54,609 bases of DNA from an uncultured Candidatus Saccharibacteria bacterium (GTDB lineage Bacteria; Patescibacteriota; Saccharimonadia; Saccharimonadales; Saccharimonadaceae), in the NCBI GenBank assembly GCA_963553475.1, contig CAUVNT010000001.1:1-54609 (forward strand), read 5' to 3'. Shown here in pieces: positions 40,170 through 51,000 of the stretch (the stretch's first letter is position 1; every line of letters begins with the position of its first letter). The position numbers were made by a program, and so were the translations under genes. The notes under the pieces were generated by a model. The model had not been told where the DNA came from and did no database searches. It saw only the letters and a list, made by a program, of their open reading frames with translations.

Positions 40170-41123
40170 ATGGCACAAACAGCAATCAAAGCAACTATCG
40201 TCGGAGCAGGCTTAGTCGGGAGCACCATCGCCTACACCATGGTGGCACAGGGAGTCGCCAGTGAGATCATCTTAGTCGATGTCGATAATGATCGAGCCGA
40301 GGGTGAAGCGATGGATATTGAGCACGGCTCACCCTTCTTTAAGGAGTCGCTCATTCACGCCGGCGATTACCAAGTATCGGCTGATTCCGATATCGTCATC
40401 ATTACCGCCGGCACTAACCAGCGCCCCGGTGAGACCAGGATGGATTTGATCGGTCGCAACGCCGCCATCGTCACCGGCGTCGCCAAGCAGGTTAAGCAGG
40501 TCTCTCCCAAAGCTGTCGTTTTAGTAGTATCGAACCCTGTCGACGTGATGACTCGGGTGGTTCAGGAAGTAACCGGCTTCCCTGCCGAGCGAGTAATCGG
40601 TTCCGGCACCAACCTGGACTCCGCTCGCCTGCGCTATTTACTCAGCAAGAAGTTTGGCATTGATAGTCGCAATATCCACGCCTATGTCTTAGGCGAACAC
40701 GGCGACAGCGAGTTTGTCGCCTGGAGCAACGTCAATATCGCCGGCATGAACATCAACGAGGCATCCGACGCCTTCGGTGGGTTAATGGGCGACTACGACT
40801 ACATTAATCTGGCTAACGACACTCGTAACGCCGCCTACGAGATCATCAATCGTAAAAAAGCTACCTACTACGGCATCGCCGCCAGTGCTAGCAGAATAGC
40901 CGAGGCTATTCTGCGAGATGAAAAGTCGATCATGCCCTTGTCGGTCAAACTAACCGGTCAGTATGGACTGAAAGACGTCTACCTGTCTCTGCCCGCCGTC
41001 ATCGGTCAGCACGGCATTGTCAAGATCATCGCCCCCTATATCTCAGAGGAAGAAGAGGGCAAACTTCACCATAGCGCCAAACTCCTAGCTGAAGCATACG
41101 ATAGCCTGCATTCCGCCAAGTAG
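40170..41123 (+). CDS. ldh: L-lactate dehydrogenase
   Basis: GAGLVG, QRPGETR, NPVD, LDSAR, GEHGDS. Confidence 0.95.
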   Translation: MAQTAIKATIVGAGLVGSTIAYTMVAQGVASEIILVDVDNDRAEGEAMDIEHGSPFFKESLIHAGDYQVSADSDIVIITAGTNQRPGETRMDLIGRNAAIVTGVAKQVKQVSPKAVVLVVSNPVDVMTRVVQEVTGFPAERVIGSGTNLDSARLRYLLSKKFGIDSRNIHAYVLGEHGDSEFVAWSNVNIAGMNINEASDAFGGLMGDYDYINLANDTRNAAYEIINRKKATYYGIAASASRIAEAILRDEKSIMPLSVKLTGQYGLKDVYLSLPAVIGQHGIVKIIAPYISEEEEGKLHHSAKLLAEAYDSLHSAK

Positions 41124-41146
41124 TCTGCCAAGGCAAGCTTCTCGCC

Positions 41147-43957
41147 CTACTTAGCTAGCATCTTCTTCAGGTACTGTCCGGTGAAGCTGGCTTGGTTCTT
41201 CGCCACCTCTTCAGGCGTACCACTGGCTACTACTCGACCGCCGTCCAGGCCGCCATTTGGTCCCATGTCAATGATGTAATCGGCAGATTTGATCACATCA
41301 AGATTGTGCTCGATGACCACCATGGTATTGCCGGTATCAACCAGCCGTTGCATCACCCCTAGTAAGCAACGCACATCCGCCGAGTGTAGACCGGTAGTCG
41401 GCTCATCTAAGATATAGAATGTCCGACCGGTGGCACGACGACTTAGCTCGGTCGCCAGCTTGACTCGTTGCGCTTCACCGCCTGACAGTGTAGTAGCAGG
41501 CTGTCCAATCTTAATATAGCCTAATCCCACCTCCTGCAATGTCTTCAGCTTGTTTGCTATCTTCGGAATAGAGTCAAAGAATTGCACCGCTTCATCGACA
41601 GTCATCCGGAGTACCTGGCTAATATTCTTGTCATGCCATTTAATCTCCAACGCCTCCTGATTGTACCTGGCACCATGGCATTCATCACAGGTAACATAAA
41701 CATCGGGTAGAAAATGCATCTCCACCTTGATCACACCATCGCCCTGACAGTGCTCGCAACGCCCACCCTTAACATTAAAGCTAAACCGCCCTGCCTTGTA
41801 GCCTCTGATGTTTGCCTCAGGTGTTGCCGCAAATAAGTCTCGGATATGAGTGAAGACGCCGGTATAAGTAGCGGCGTTTGACCTTGGTGTCCGACCAATC
41901 GGACTCTGGTCGATCACGATCACCTTGTCTAGCTGTTCTATGCCATCAATTCGCCGGTGCGCTCCTGACACTGCCTGAGCTCGGTTTAGCCTAGCCAGCA
42001 GTTCTTGACCCAAGATATCGTTGATCAAGGTCGATTTACCCGAACCCGATACTCCTGACACCACCGTCAGAAGCCCCAGCGGAAAAGACACATCGATGTT
42101 CTTTAGATTATGCTCTCTGGCCCCTACTACCGTCAGCAGACGGCTCTTATCGACCGGTCGACGCTTAGCCGGCACGGCAATCTTTTCCTCGCCACAGAGA
42201 AAACGGCCAGTAAGTGAGTCGGGGCTAGCTGCCACCTCAGCAGGTGTGCCAGCCGCTACAATCTCACCACCATGTACCCCGGCACCCGGTCCAACATCTA
42301 TCAGATAGTCGGCTGAGCGAATCGTATCCTCGTCATGCTCCACCACTACCACCGTATTGCCAAGGTCACGTAGGTGCTTCAGAGTGGCAATCAATCGGTC
42401 GTTATCTCGTTGGTGCAAGCCGATACTAGGCTCGTCCAAGACATAGAGCACGCCTCTCAGTCCGCTACCGATCTGCGTTGCCAGGCGGATTCGCTGCGCT
42501 TCACCACCCGACAGCGTATTAGCCGAGCGTCCCAACTCCAGATAATTCAGTCCGACATCTCTTAAGAAGTCCAGACGAGAGTTGATCTCCTTAAAAATCT
42601 GCTTACCGATCAGCTTCTCTCGCTCCGTCCAGTCAATCTTACTGAAGATATCACGGGCGTCGTCAATCGACAGGTTGCAGATATCGACGATTGATAAGTC
42701 GTGTACTGTGATCGCCTGCACTACAGGCTTGAGCCGAGCACCGTGGCAGTCCATGCACTCTCGCTCTCGCATAAATCGCTCGATATTCCGCCGCATGAAA
42801 TCACTATCAGTCTCTCGCCAGCGGCGTTCTAGATTAGGGATCACTCCCTCGTAAGTCGTCTGAATCGTCCGTCTACCTAGTCTAACTGGATAGACTTGGT
42901 CGCCTGTACCATACAGTAGGAGTCGACGAGTCTGAGCATCCAGTTCACTGACCGGAGTACGCAGGTCAAAGCCGTGTACCTTCGCCACACTAGCCAGCTT
43001 CTTCATCCACCAGGCTTCGACGTTAATCCGGTTGAACGGTCGGATGGCGCCCTCCATGATGGTCAGACGATCATTTAGTACTAATTCCGGATCGACCACC
43101 ATTCGACTACCCAGTCCCGAACAAGTTGGACAAGCTCCAAAAGGCGAGTTAAAAGAGAAAAGCCTTGGCTCCAGCTCGGGGATTGGCTCGTCGGGATGGT
43201 CAGGACAGGCATAGCGCTCTGAGTAGGTCATTAGCTCGTTGCTATCGGCATCGATCACCTCGACTATTCCACCACTGATAGTCAGGGCCTGCTCGACACT
43301 ACCGGATATCCTGGATAGATCTTGCTCGGTAATGACCAGACGATCAACCACCAGCTCGATATCGTGCTTGAACTTCTTGTCGATATCCGGCCACTCGTCT
43401 AGAGCATAGACGATACCATCTACTCGAGCCCGAGCATAGCCTCGAGCCATATACTGCTCCGGCACATGAGCGAACTCACCCTTCTTCTGCTTGGCGATCG
43501 GTGCACAGATGTAGACCCGCCGGCCTTTCAGCTGCATAATCTCATTAATGATCGCTTGAGGAGTCCGCTTGTGCACCTCCTTGCCGCAGATCGGACAATG
43601 CGGGGTGCCTAGTCTGGCAAAAAGCAAGCGCAGATAGTCGTATATCTCGGTCACGGTTGCCACCGTCGAGCGAGGATTACGGCTAGTTGATTTCTGATCA
43701 ATCGAGATCGCCGGACTAAGTCCGTCAATCTTATCCACATCAGGCTTCTCCATCTGACCCAGGAACATCCGGGCGTAAGACGATAGCGACTCGACGTAAC
43801 GCCTTTGCCCCTCGGCGTAGAGGGTGTCAAAGGCTAACGAGGATTTACCCGAGCCCGACAGTCCGGTGATCACCACCAGCCGATCACGAGGAATATCCAC
43901 ACTGATGTCCTTCAGGTTGTGGACTCTAGCACCCTGGATACTTATCACCTCTGTCAT
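41147..43957 (-). CDS. uvrA: Excinuclease ABC subunit A
   Basis: [14 protein letters not shown], two LSGGEAQR, zinc fingers. Confidence 0.98.
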   Translation of the reverse strand: MTEVISIQGARVHNLKDISVDIPRDRLVVITGLSGSGKSSLAFDTLYAEGQRRYVESLSSYARMFLGQMEKPDVDKIDGLSPAISIDQKSTSRNPRSTVATVTEIYDYLRLLFARLGTPHCPICGKEVHKRTPQAIINEIMQLKGRRVYICAPIAKQKKGEFAHVPEQYMARGYARARVDGIVYALDEWPDIDKKFKHDIELVVDRLVITEQDLSRISGSVEQALTISGGIVEVIDADSNELMTYSERYACPDHPDEPIPELEPRLFSFNSPFGACPTCSGLGSRMVVDPELVLNDRLTIMEGAIRPFNRINVEAWWMKKLASVAKVHGFDLRTPVSELDAQTRRLLLYGTGDQVYPVRLGRRTIQTTYEGVIPNLERRWRETDSDFMRRNIERFMRERECMDCHGARLKPVVQAITVHDLSIVDICNLSIDDARDIFSKIDWTEREKLIGKQIFKEINSRLDFLRDVGLNYLELGRSANTLSGGEAQRIRLATQIGSGLRGVLYVLDEPSIGLHQRDNDRLIATLKHLRDLGNTVVVVEHDEDTIRSADYLIDVGPGAGVHGGEIVAAGTPAEVAASPDSLTGRFLCGEEKIAVPAKRRPVDKSRLLTVVGAREHNLKNIDVSFPLGLLTVVSGVSGSGKSTLINDILGQELLARLNRAQAVSGAHRRIDGIEQLDKVIVIDQSPIGRTPRSNAATYTGVFTHIRDLFAATPEANIRGYKAGRFSFNVKGGRCEHCQGDGVIKVEMHFLPDVYVTCDECHGARYNQEALEIKWHDKNISQVLRMTVDEAVQFFDSIPKIANKLKTLQEVGLGYIKIGQPATTLSGGEAQRVKLATELSRRATGRTFYILDEPTTGLHSADVRCLLGVMQRLVDTGNTMVVIEHNLDVIKSADYIIDMGPNGGLDGGRVVASGTPEEVAKNQASFTGQYLKKMLAK

Positions 43958-44088
43958 TATCTCGGGTATCCTAGCATATTTTACCCGATTTGTCACTAGT
44001 CAGCCCTAGTGACCGTCAGCTCATAAACAAGGCTACCGAGCTACCCTGACATATTACTTTTAGTAGTTCTAACGTAAAGATAACATGA

Positions 44089-44124
44089 TAAAAAGAAAAT
44101 GCCCCTTGCTCGGAAGCAAGGGGC
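44089..44124 (-). terminator. Cassette terminator, copy 1
   Basis: GCCCCTTGC...GCAAGGGGC plus T-run on the minus strand. Confidence 0.85.
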
Positions 44125-44146
44125 GAGGAGAGGACGAGTAGAGGGG

Positions 44147-44698
44147 TTACCCAGCGACGCCGGCAGGCGTCACCAGATAACCCAGTCGCCTGGGAGACAT
44201 ATCCTTCCAGGTGGTCTGAAAAGCCACCCAAATCGGGCGACCTTCCAACTCTCCAACCTCAGCCACCGTAATGGTGGCAAGGTCGGAGGAAATATCCTCC
44301 CCCGTCGGACCGACCCATAGTGGGTCAGTCCGACCAAGCATTCTCGCCAAACGGTGAGAATGCTCGTGGATAGCAGAGACGAGACACCTCATCTCTGCTA
44401 TGAATTCCTTCTGGTCACGTGCGACCAGACGAAATTCAGGCTTAAGGTCGGGAGTACTCCCGACCTTAAGACCCTCGGCCATCCCGGGGCACCGAACCAC
44501 CCAGTCAACCAGGTCGACTAGATACGGATGCCCTGGGAGGGCATCCTCTAGCCACCTTTGGGGCTGTTCCTGCCAGTGCGTTATGTTCACGCACTGACCG
44601 AGCCTATACTCGGGTATTACTACTCGAGTACGGCACTTTTTCCGGTCATAACGACCGGAAAGAACAACTCTTGACTCCTTGGTCATGACTTTACTCAT
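44147..44698 (-). CDS. Hypothetical protein (cassette cargo 1)
   Basis: ORF between the conserved leader/SD and the terminator; start 44698 gives the same SD spacing as cargo 2. Confidence 0.7.
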   Translation of the reverse strand: MSKVMTKESRVVLSGRYDRKKCRTRVVIPEYRLGQCVNITHWQEQPQRWLEDALPGHPYLVDLVDWVVRCPGMAEGLKVGSTPDLKPEFRLVARDQKEFIAEMRCLVSAIHEHSHRLARMLGRTDPLWVGPTGEDISSDLATITVAEVGELEGRPIWVAFQTTWKDMSPRRLGYLVTPAGVAG

Positions 44699-44702
44699 GA
44701 TC

Positions 44703-44824
44703 ATCCCTCCTCAGGGATCGCAGGCCATGTGAGCTGGTCTCACATGCAACCTGATGGTATCCACTGTAACACCCCCCCGCATTTGTCAAGCATTAGCGTG
44801 ATCGAAAGCTTATTTCGTCAAGGT
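44703..44824 (-). promoter_or_regulatory. Cassette promoter plus structured leader (G7 spacer)
   Basis: Near-identical to 46682-46804. Confidence 0.85.
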
Positions 44825-44910
44825 AAGCAGGTCGGAGATACCGTTATGAATATATAGCTATATATAGCGATTGCCACCCTTATCAACCTGAATCGTTTTA
44901 CACTATATCA

Positions 44911-44951
44911 GGCAAAACACGGAGTCAAACTCAGGAAAAATCCGGAGTTAC
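44911..44951 (+). repeat. 41-bp direct repeat, left copy
   Basis: GGCAAAACACGGAGTCAAACTCAGGAAAAATCCGGAGTTAC. Confidence 0.92.
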
Positions 44952-44998
44952 AGTAGTGACGATGGGTAAAGCTCGTGGTACAATAAGGTAAGCAAGAT

Positions 44999-46282
44999 AT
45001 GAAAGACAGCGACTATATCCCCCGACTAATGGATGATTTGCTCAGAGAAAACTTGGAGCTTTACGGTGCTGTATCGCTAGAGGGGTGTAAATGGTGTGGC
45101 AAGTCAACTACTGCTCGTCAGCTGGCTAACAGCTCCATCGAGATGCAGAATCCCACCACCGCCGAGAATAATAAGGCGATCGCCAAGTCAGATCCAAGCA
45201 TTCTGCTCAGTGGCGAGAAGCCCCGCTTGATCGATGAATGGCAAGATACGCCTACTATCTGGGATGCCATTCGCTATGATGTCGACAAGACCGGACTGAC
45301 CGGACAATACATCTTGACCGGATCGTCTACGCCCAAGGTCAGTAAGCCGGCTCATTCCGGTGCCGGACGCATAGTCCGACTAATCATGCGCCCCATGAGT
45401 CTCTACGAATCCGGCGAGTCTAATGGCGCTGTCTCACTAAAAAGCCTTTTTTGTGATAATGAAAATATCGCCGGAGAAGCCGGATTGACACCTGAGGATA
45501 TTGCCCGACTCTGCACCCGTGGTGGCTGGCCGGCTAGCGTCAAGCGTAATCCGACCAACGCCGGCAAATTAGCTCGTGACTACTTGGAGATCATCCTAAC
45601 TAACGAATCGATGACCGACTTAGACAACGACATCTCCTTCTCCACTCCCAAGATGAGAGCCGTCATCCGGAGCTTAGCTCGCAATATTGCCTCTCCGGTA
45701 ACCGGTCAGACTATTATAAATGATGTCATCGGCACCGGCGAAACAATCAGCGATAAGACATTATCGTCATATTTGGAGACACTGAACCGCCTACATATTC
45801 TTGATGACGTTGAGCCCTGGTCGCCACGGCTAAGAAGTAGGACTACCATTAGATCGGGCTGGAAACGAAACTTCACCGACCCGTCACTCGTGGTAGCAGC
45901 ATTACTTGCTTCAGAGAACGACCTACGACTAGATTACCGAACGTTTGGCCTGGTCTTCGAATCTATGGCGTTACGTGACCTGAAGATTTATGCCGAAAGT
46001 CTGGATGGTCGTCTATATTATTATCGAGATAAAGCCGGTCGAGAGTGCGATGCTATCATTCATCTACCGGATGGCAAATGGGGAGCTGTCGAGATCAAGC
46101 TTGGGTCAGACGAGGTCTCGATTAACGAGGGTTCAAAGTCGCTACAGCGATTCATCGACAATATTGACACTGAGGTCATGCACCGACCATCATTTACGAT
46201 GATCCTGACAGCCACCACCAACTACGCCTACCGTCAAGACGATGGCATCTACATCGTCCCGATTGGCTGCTTGAAGAATTAG
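44999..46282 (+). CDS. AAA_14 / DUF4143 ATPase with C-terminal PD-(D/E)XK-like domain
   Basis: GCKWCGKST, LIDEWQ, ILTGS, GGWP, YYYRD...ECD...VEIK. Confidence 0.9.
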   Translation: MKDSDYIPRLMDDLLRENLELYGAVSLEGCKWCGKSTTARQLANSSIEMQNPTTAENNKAIAKSDPSILLSGEKPRLIDEWQDTPTIWDAIRYDVDKTGLTGQYILTGSSTPKVSKPAHSGAGRIVRLIMRPMSLYESGESNGAVSLKSLFCDNENIAGEAGLTPEDIARLCTRGGWPASVKRNPTNAGKLARDYLEIILTNESMTDLDNDISFSTPKMRAVIRSLARNIASPVTGQTIINDVIGTGETISDKTLSSYLETLNRLHILDDVEPWSPRLRSRTTIRSGWKRNFTDPSLVVAALLASENDLRLDYRTFGLVFESMALRDLKIYAESLDGRLYYYRDKAGRECDAIIHLPDGKWGAVEIKLGSDEVSINEGSKSLQRFIDNIDTEVMHRPSFTMILTATTNYAYRQDDGIYIVPIGCLKN

Positions 46283-46308
46283 CTCGTGGTCCAAGATTCT
46301 TAGTATTC

Positions 46309-46349
46309 GGCAAAACACGGAGTCAAACTCAGGAAAAATCCGGAGTTAC
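46309..46349 (+). repeat. 41-bp direct repeat, right copy
   Basis: Identical to 44911-44951. Confidence 0.92.
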
Positions 46350-46351
46350 CC

Positions 46352-46387
46352 TAAAAAGAAAATACCCCTTGCTCGGAAGCAAGGGGC
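46352..46387 (-). terminator. Cassette terminator, copy 2
   Basis: Near-identical to 44089-44124. Confidence 0.85.
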
Positions 46388-46407
46388 AGGGAAGGGCGAT
46401 GTGTATG

Positions 46408-46677
46408 TCAAATCTTGACATACGTACGCCCGACACTCACGGGCGTATCATCGATTTCCTTCCCTAACTGGAAGACGTCGTGCATCTTCCAGTGCGAACC
46501 GCCTCCCTTTTTAGGGATGACGACTATCTTGGTACCCCGGAGGATAACCTCTCCTCCGGAGCTTAAAGCTTGCTGGATCTCTCCGGCAAGCTTCTCGTCC
46601 CTGAGGATGAGGTCAAAATCGACCTCACCCCTGTTATAATTTACGGGACGGAAGAGGAACTTGCTTGAAAGCTCCAT
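46408..46677 (-). CDS. Hypothetical protein (cassette cargo 2)
   Basis: 89-aa ORF; GGAGGG SD 6 nt upstream. Confidence 0.72.
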   Translation of the reverse strand: MELSSKFLFRPVNYNRGEVDFDLILRDEKLAGEIQQALSSGGEVILRGTKIVVIPKKGGGSHWKMHDVFQLGKEIDDTPVSVGRTYVKI

Positions 46678-46681
46678 TCTA

Positions 46682-46804
46682 ATCCCTCCTTAGGGATCGC
46701 AGGCCATGTGAGCTGGTCTCACATGCAACCTGATGGTGTCCACTGTAACACCCCCCCCGCATTTGTCAAGCATTAGCGTGATAAACTAGCTCATTCGTCA
46801 AGGT
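46682..46804 (-). promoter_or_regulatory. Cassette promoter plus structured leader (G8 spacer)
   Basis: TTGACA-16bp-TACAGT, hairpin leader, SD. Confidence 0.85.
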
Positions 46805-46855
46805 GAGTTAATTATGTTCACAGGCAAGATCGACTATCGGCAGATATAACCCGGC

Positions 46856-47926
46856 CTAGGACTTAGTCGGGCTCGTCTCTACTTCTTCAGCTAGAGCATA
46901 CTTATTCTTATCGACTCGCTTAAACTGCGGTCGGCTCTGTAGGTTGAGCAAGATAGTAGTCTCTCGGACTTGACGAGCCTTGAGCACCTCCCGGACGATA
47001 TCGTCTCGATACATCGGACCATGCTGACGAAGAACCTCGGTGATCACATCGGTGATTGAGCCCTTCTTATAGCCATATTCAGCCAGAGCGTAAATACCTC
47101 GCCCCACCAGCACGAAACGATCATCCTTGATCAGTTCGTTGTGAATTGCCGGGTCGGTAGAGTTGTTGCGATTAAGCCCTCGGTCTCGGATCAGCTGGGC
47201 AATCTCACTGTAATGCATCGGCTTCTTACTATCTTTAAGGACAATATATACCTTGTCTCTAATGGTCCGCGGATTGACTGAGGCCCATTTGGCTAAGCCC
47301 CATTTATCATCCAGGTTGGCCACCTGCTTACTCAGCCGAGCGATCGCTCCGATTTCCTTAGGATGCTCGTAACCACTGACAATTAACTTAAATAGTTCGT
47401 CCAGAGTAGCCGGCTCTTTCTTATCCTTGAGTACTTTGATAATCTCATCAATCCTCGCCTTAACGCTGCGATCATCCTTGTCGCTTGTCAATACCACCCC
47501 GGCGTGGTATTTATCATTCTCCGTAGTCGGTAGCATCTTGCCGCTAAGCTCGGCTAAGAACATGACATAGGCTCGACTTTGCCTCTCAGAGTCGCCCATC
47601 ACCGCCTCGGCCAAGTCACCAACCTTGGCGGCTCGCCCCATCTCGTGTAGCGACTTGACGATATCCATCTCCGCCACATTAAATGCCTGACAAGACCCTT
47701 TCTCCAGCCACAGCTTGACCCGGATCATGGTCGCCTTTTCGATCTGACGCACCCGTTCTCTGGTGATGTGCATCGTCTCACCAACTTGCTCTAGCGTTTC
47801 TTGCTCACCCTTGATCCCATAACGCCGCGTGACAATATCCGCCTCTCGAGGCCGCTCTATAAATGACACGATCGACTGGACAGCCTCAGTCAATTCTGCC
47901 CTGGTATCAAGCGATTTGACCACCAA
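46856..47926 (-). CDS. Sigma70 region 4 plus HARE-HTH (RNAP delta-like) protein
   Basis: TLEQVG...ITRERVRQIE; KPMHYSEIA...IHNELIKDDRFVLVGRGIYAL. Confidence 0.8.
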   Translation of the reverse strand: MVVKSLDTRAELTEAVQSIVSFIERPREADIVTRRYGIKGEQETLEQVGETMHITRERVRQIEKATMIRVKLWLEKGSCQAFNVAEMDIVKSLHEMGRAAKVGDLAEAVMGDSERQSRAYVMFLAELSGKMLPTTENDKYHAGVVLTSDKDDRSVKARIDEIIKVLKDKKEPATLDELFKLIVSGYEHPKEIGAIARLSKQVANLDDKWGLAKWASVNPRTIRDKVYIVLKDSKKPMHYSEIAQLIRDRGLNRNNSTDPAIHNELIKDDRFVLVGRGIYALAEYGYKKGSITDVITEVLRQHGPMYRDDIVREVLKARQVRETTILLNLQSRPQFKRVDKNKYALAEEVETSPTKS

Positions 47927-48070
47927 TCTCTCCTTTCCGCATCAGCTGAGTAATTTATTTCACTTGTTTTTCACCTTATTTCAGTTGCAATTATACGACA
48001 AACTTTATTTATCCGCAAGAATGAAGCCTGGGACTTTAAGCCCTAGCGTATTATGTCATGATAATTACCT

Positions 48071-51000
48071 CTAGCGAATAGCTACACAATCGGCGCCGAA
48101 GATCGAGCCGACCGCTGATTCCAGCTCAGCACAAGCCGAGGTCCGCACCGGCATACGCACGGCACTCTTCTTAGACTCACCCAGCACCAAGATAACCTGA
48201 TCTTCGCCTTGGTACTGATCAACTTTTTCCCTCATCGCCACCAGTTTCTTACCGTCAGTAGGATCTTTGATATGAATGTACATCACTTTCGGTTTGTCTG
48301 CCTCAACGATATCATAGAGCGACATATCAGTAGTAGGTGAGCTAGCCCTAGTCGCTACCGAATGATATTTTCGCCCACTCTCTGCCACCTGCTTCGCCTG
48401 ATACTGGCGACTACCACCACCACGCCTTGACCTAGCCGGAGCAGCCTTGACTTCACTCATCGGCACGCCGGTCGGCTGATAGGCACTCAGCACATCATCA
48501 GTGACAACTTGAATCGAATCAGCTACCAAGGATGGGTCGGGCAGGCGGTTGCCCTCTTTATCTTTACCGCTGATCCTGCCTTTGATCAAGACCACATCGC
48601 TGGGGTTGATCGTCGCCGGCATATTAGCCTCAAAAGTCTTAGGAAAGACCACCACCTCTATCTCACCAAACTTATCCTCGATAGTTAGAAATGCCATCTT
48701 CGAGCCGGCCTTGGTCACTAGAGTCCGATTCTTACTGACCAGCCCACCAACCGTCGCCAGACCACCATCTTGGTCGGAGCTAAGCGAGTTAGTCGGATTC
48801 GTCTTTTCGTTCAGAAAGTCATCGTAGGCGTCTAGCGGATGAGCCGATAGGTACAGACCAAGCAGCTCCCGTTCCCAATTAAGCTGCTCCTTAGCGTCAG
48901 TTTGTTTGGGCGCTGCGCTCAACTCCAAGCTGGATACTACGCCCTTAGTATCGCCCTCCAGCATGCTGATCAGATTACCCTGGCCTGAATCGGCTTCTTT
49001 CTGCGATTTCTGAGCAAAGGCAATGATACTATCTAGATTAAAGAGTAGATCGGCTCGTGAGCCGGAGTAAGTACCGGCCGGAGCACTCTTGTCAATAAAA
49101 CAGTCGAAAGCCCCTGCTTTGATCAGTGACTCGTAGACCTTACGATTGCAGACCCGGCTATTGACTCGCCGAGCAAAGTCCTCCACCGAGGTGAATAACC
49201 CATCTTTCTTACGCTGCTTGATGATATCGTCAATCGCCGTCGAGCCGACGCTCTTGATCCCGGCTAGACCGAAACGAATATTCCTCGTCCCCTTAACGAC
49301 AGCAAACTCCTGGAACGACTCATTAATATCAGGCCTTAATACGTCTATCCCCATCCGATTACACTCGGAGATCTCGATGGTTAGCCGCTCGGTATCACCC
49401 GAATCGGAAGTCATCAGAGCCGCCATAAAGGCGTCCTGATAATGCGCCTTAAGATAGGCTGTCCAGTAGGCAATCAGGGCATAACAGGCGGCATGGCTCT
49501 TATTAAAGCAGTAGTTAGCGAAGTCTTCCAGCTGTGACCAAAACTTCTCCATCAGCTCTCGCTCCACACCGACAGTCTTGACCGCCCCATCGATAAACTT
49601 AGGCTTGATCTTCGCCATCAGGTCGGCTTTCTTCTTAGCCACAGCCTTACGCAGAGTATCGGCCTCACCGCCGGTAAAGCCGCAAACCGCCTTAGAGATA
49701 TTCATGAACTGCTCCTGGTAGACTAATACGCCATAGGTCTCTTTCAGCTGATCCTCCATGGTTGGGTGTGGATAGGTAATCGGCTCTCTGCCGTTCTTGC
49801 GAGCGATGAACGAATCGATGAATTGCATCGGACCGGGACGATACAGTGCCACCATAGCAATAATATCGTCAAAACAGGTCGGCTTCAGCTCCTTAAGGTA
49901 GCGCTTCATGCCGGCAGACTCCAACTGGAATACTCCGGTCGTTTCGCCTCGTTGTAAAAGCTTATAGGCTTCCTCGTCATCTAGCTGGAGGTTATCAAGA
50001 TCAACCTCGTCACCATAGACTTTGCGAACAATCCGCAGACAATTATCAATGATAGTCAGGTTGGACAGCCCTAAAAAGTCCATCTTCAGTAGCCCCATAT
50101 CCTCGACTTCAGGAGCCGAGAACTGAGTAGTGATCACACCTTTCTGCGCCATCTCTAGTGGAATAATATCAATCAGCGGCTCCGGGGCGATCACAGTGCC
50201 ACAGGCATGAACGCCATGACTTCTGATCGTACCTTCCAGCTGAGCGGCGAAGTCATAAACCCGCTTAGCCGTGGGATTAGTCTCATACTCGTGCTTGATA
50301 TCCGGGTCAGTCTGTAAAATCTCTCGCAAGGTACCGATATGAGCCGACTGTGGCCCGGTCGGCACCAGCTTTGACAGGCGGTCGCTCTCAGCATAAGGCA
50401 CTTCCAACACTCGAGCCACATCACGCACCGCTGAGCGGCTGGCCATCGTACCGAAGGTGACGATATTACAGACATGATCTCGCCCGTATTTATCAGCACA
50501 GTAGTCGATCACATCATCCCGACAAGTGTCCTGCATATCGACATCGATATCCGGCATCGAGATGCGGTCAGGGTTAAGGAAGCGCTCAAATAGTAGACTG
50601 TACTTCAGTGGGTCAAGGTCAGTGATCCGAACGGCGTACGAGACGATTGACCCCGCCGCCGACCCCCGCCCCGGACCAAAGACATAGCCTTGCGACTTAC
50701 CCCAGTTAATGAAGTCCTGAACGATCAAGAAATAGCCCTCATAGCCCATCGAACCGATCACACTTAGCTCCAGCTCGGCTCGCTGACGCACTTCGTCTGA
50801 CAGCATCGGCTTAATCTGCTCAACCGACAGCCGCTCCGCTTCCGCCTGCGACACGCCGTTATAACGCACCAGCAGACCCTGATAAACCAGCTTATGAAAG
50901 TATGAGTGTTCGCTATCACCCTTCGGAAGGGAGGGGTACTTCGGGATCAGCACTTGTCCCAGCTCGATATCGACATTACATCGCTCGGCAACCAGCTTGG

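Noticed and set aside
44089..46804. Classical integron
   Set aside because: No IntI-type integrase or recognisable attC sites; the cassettes carry their own promoters.
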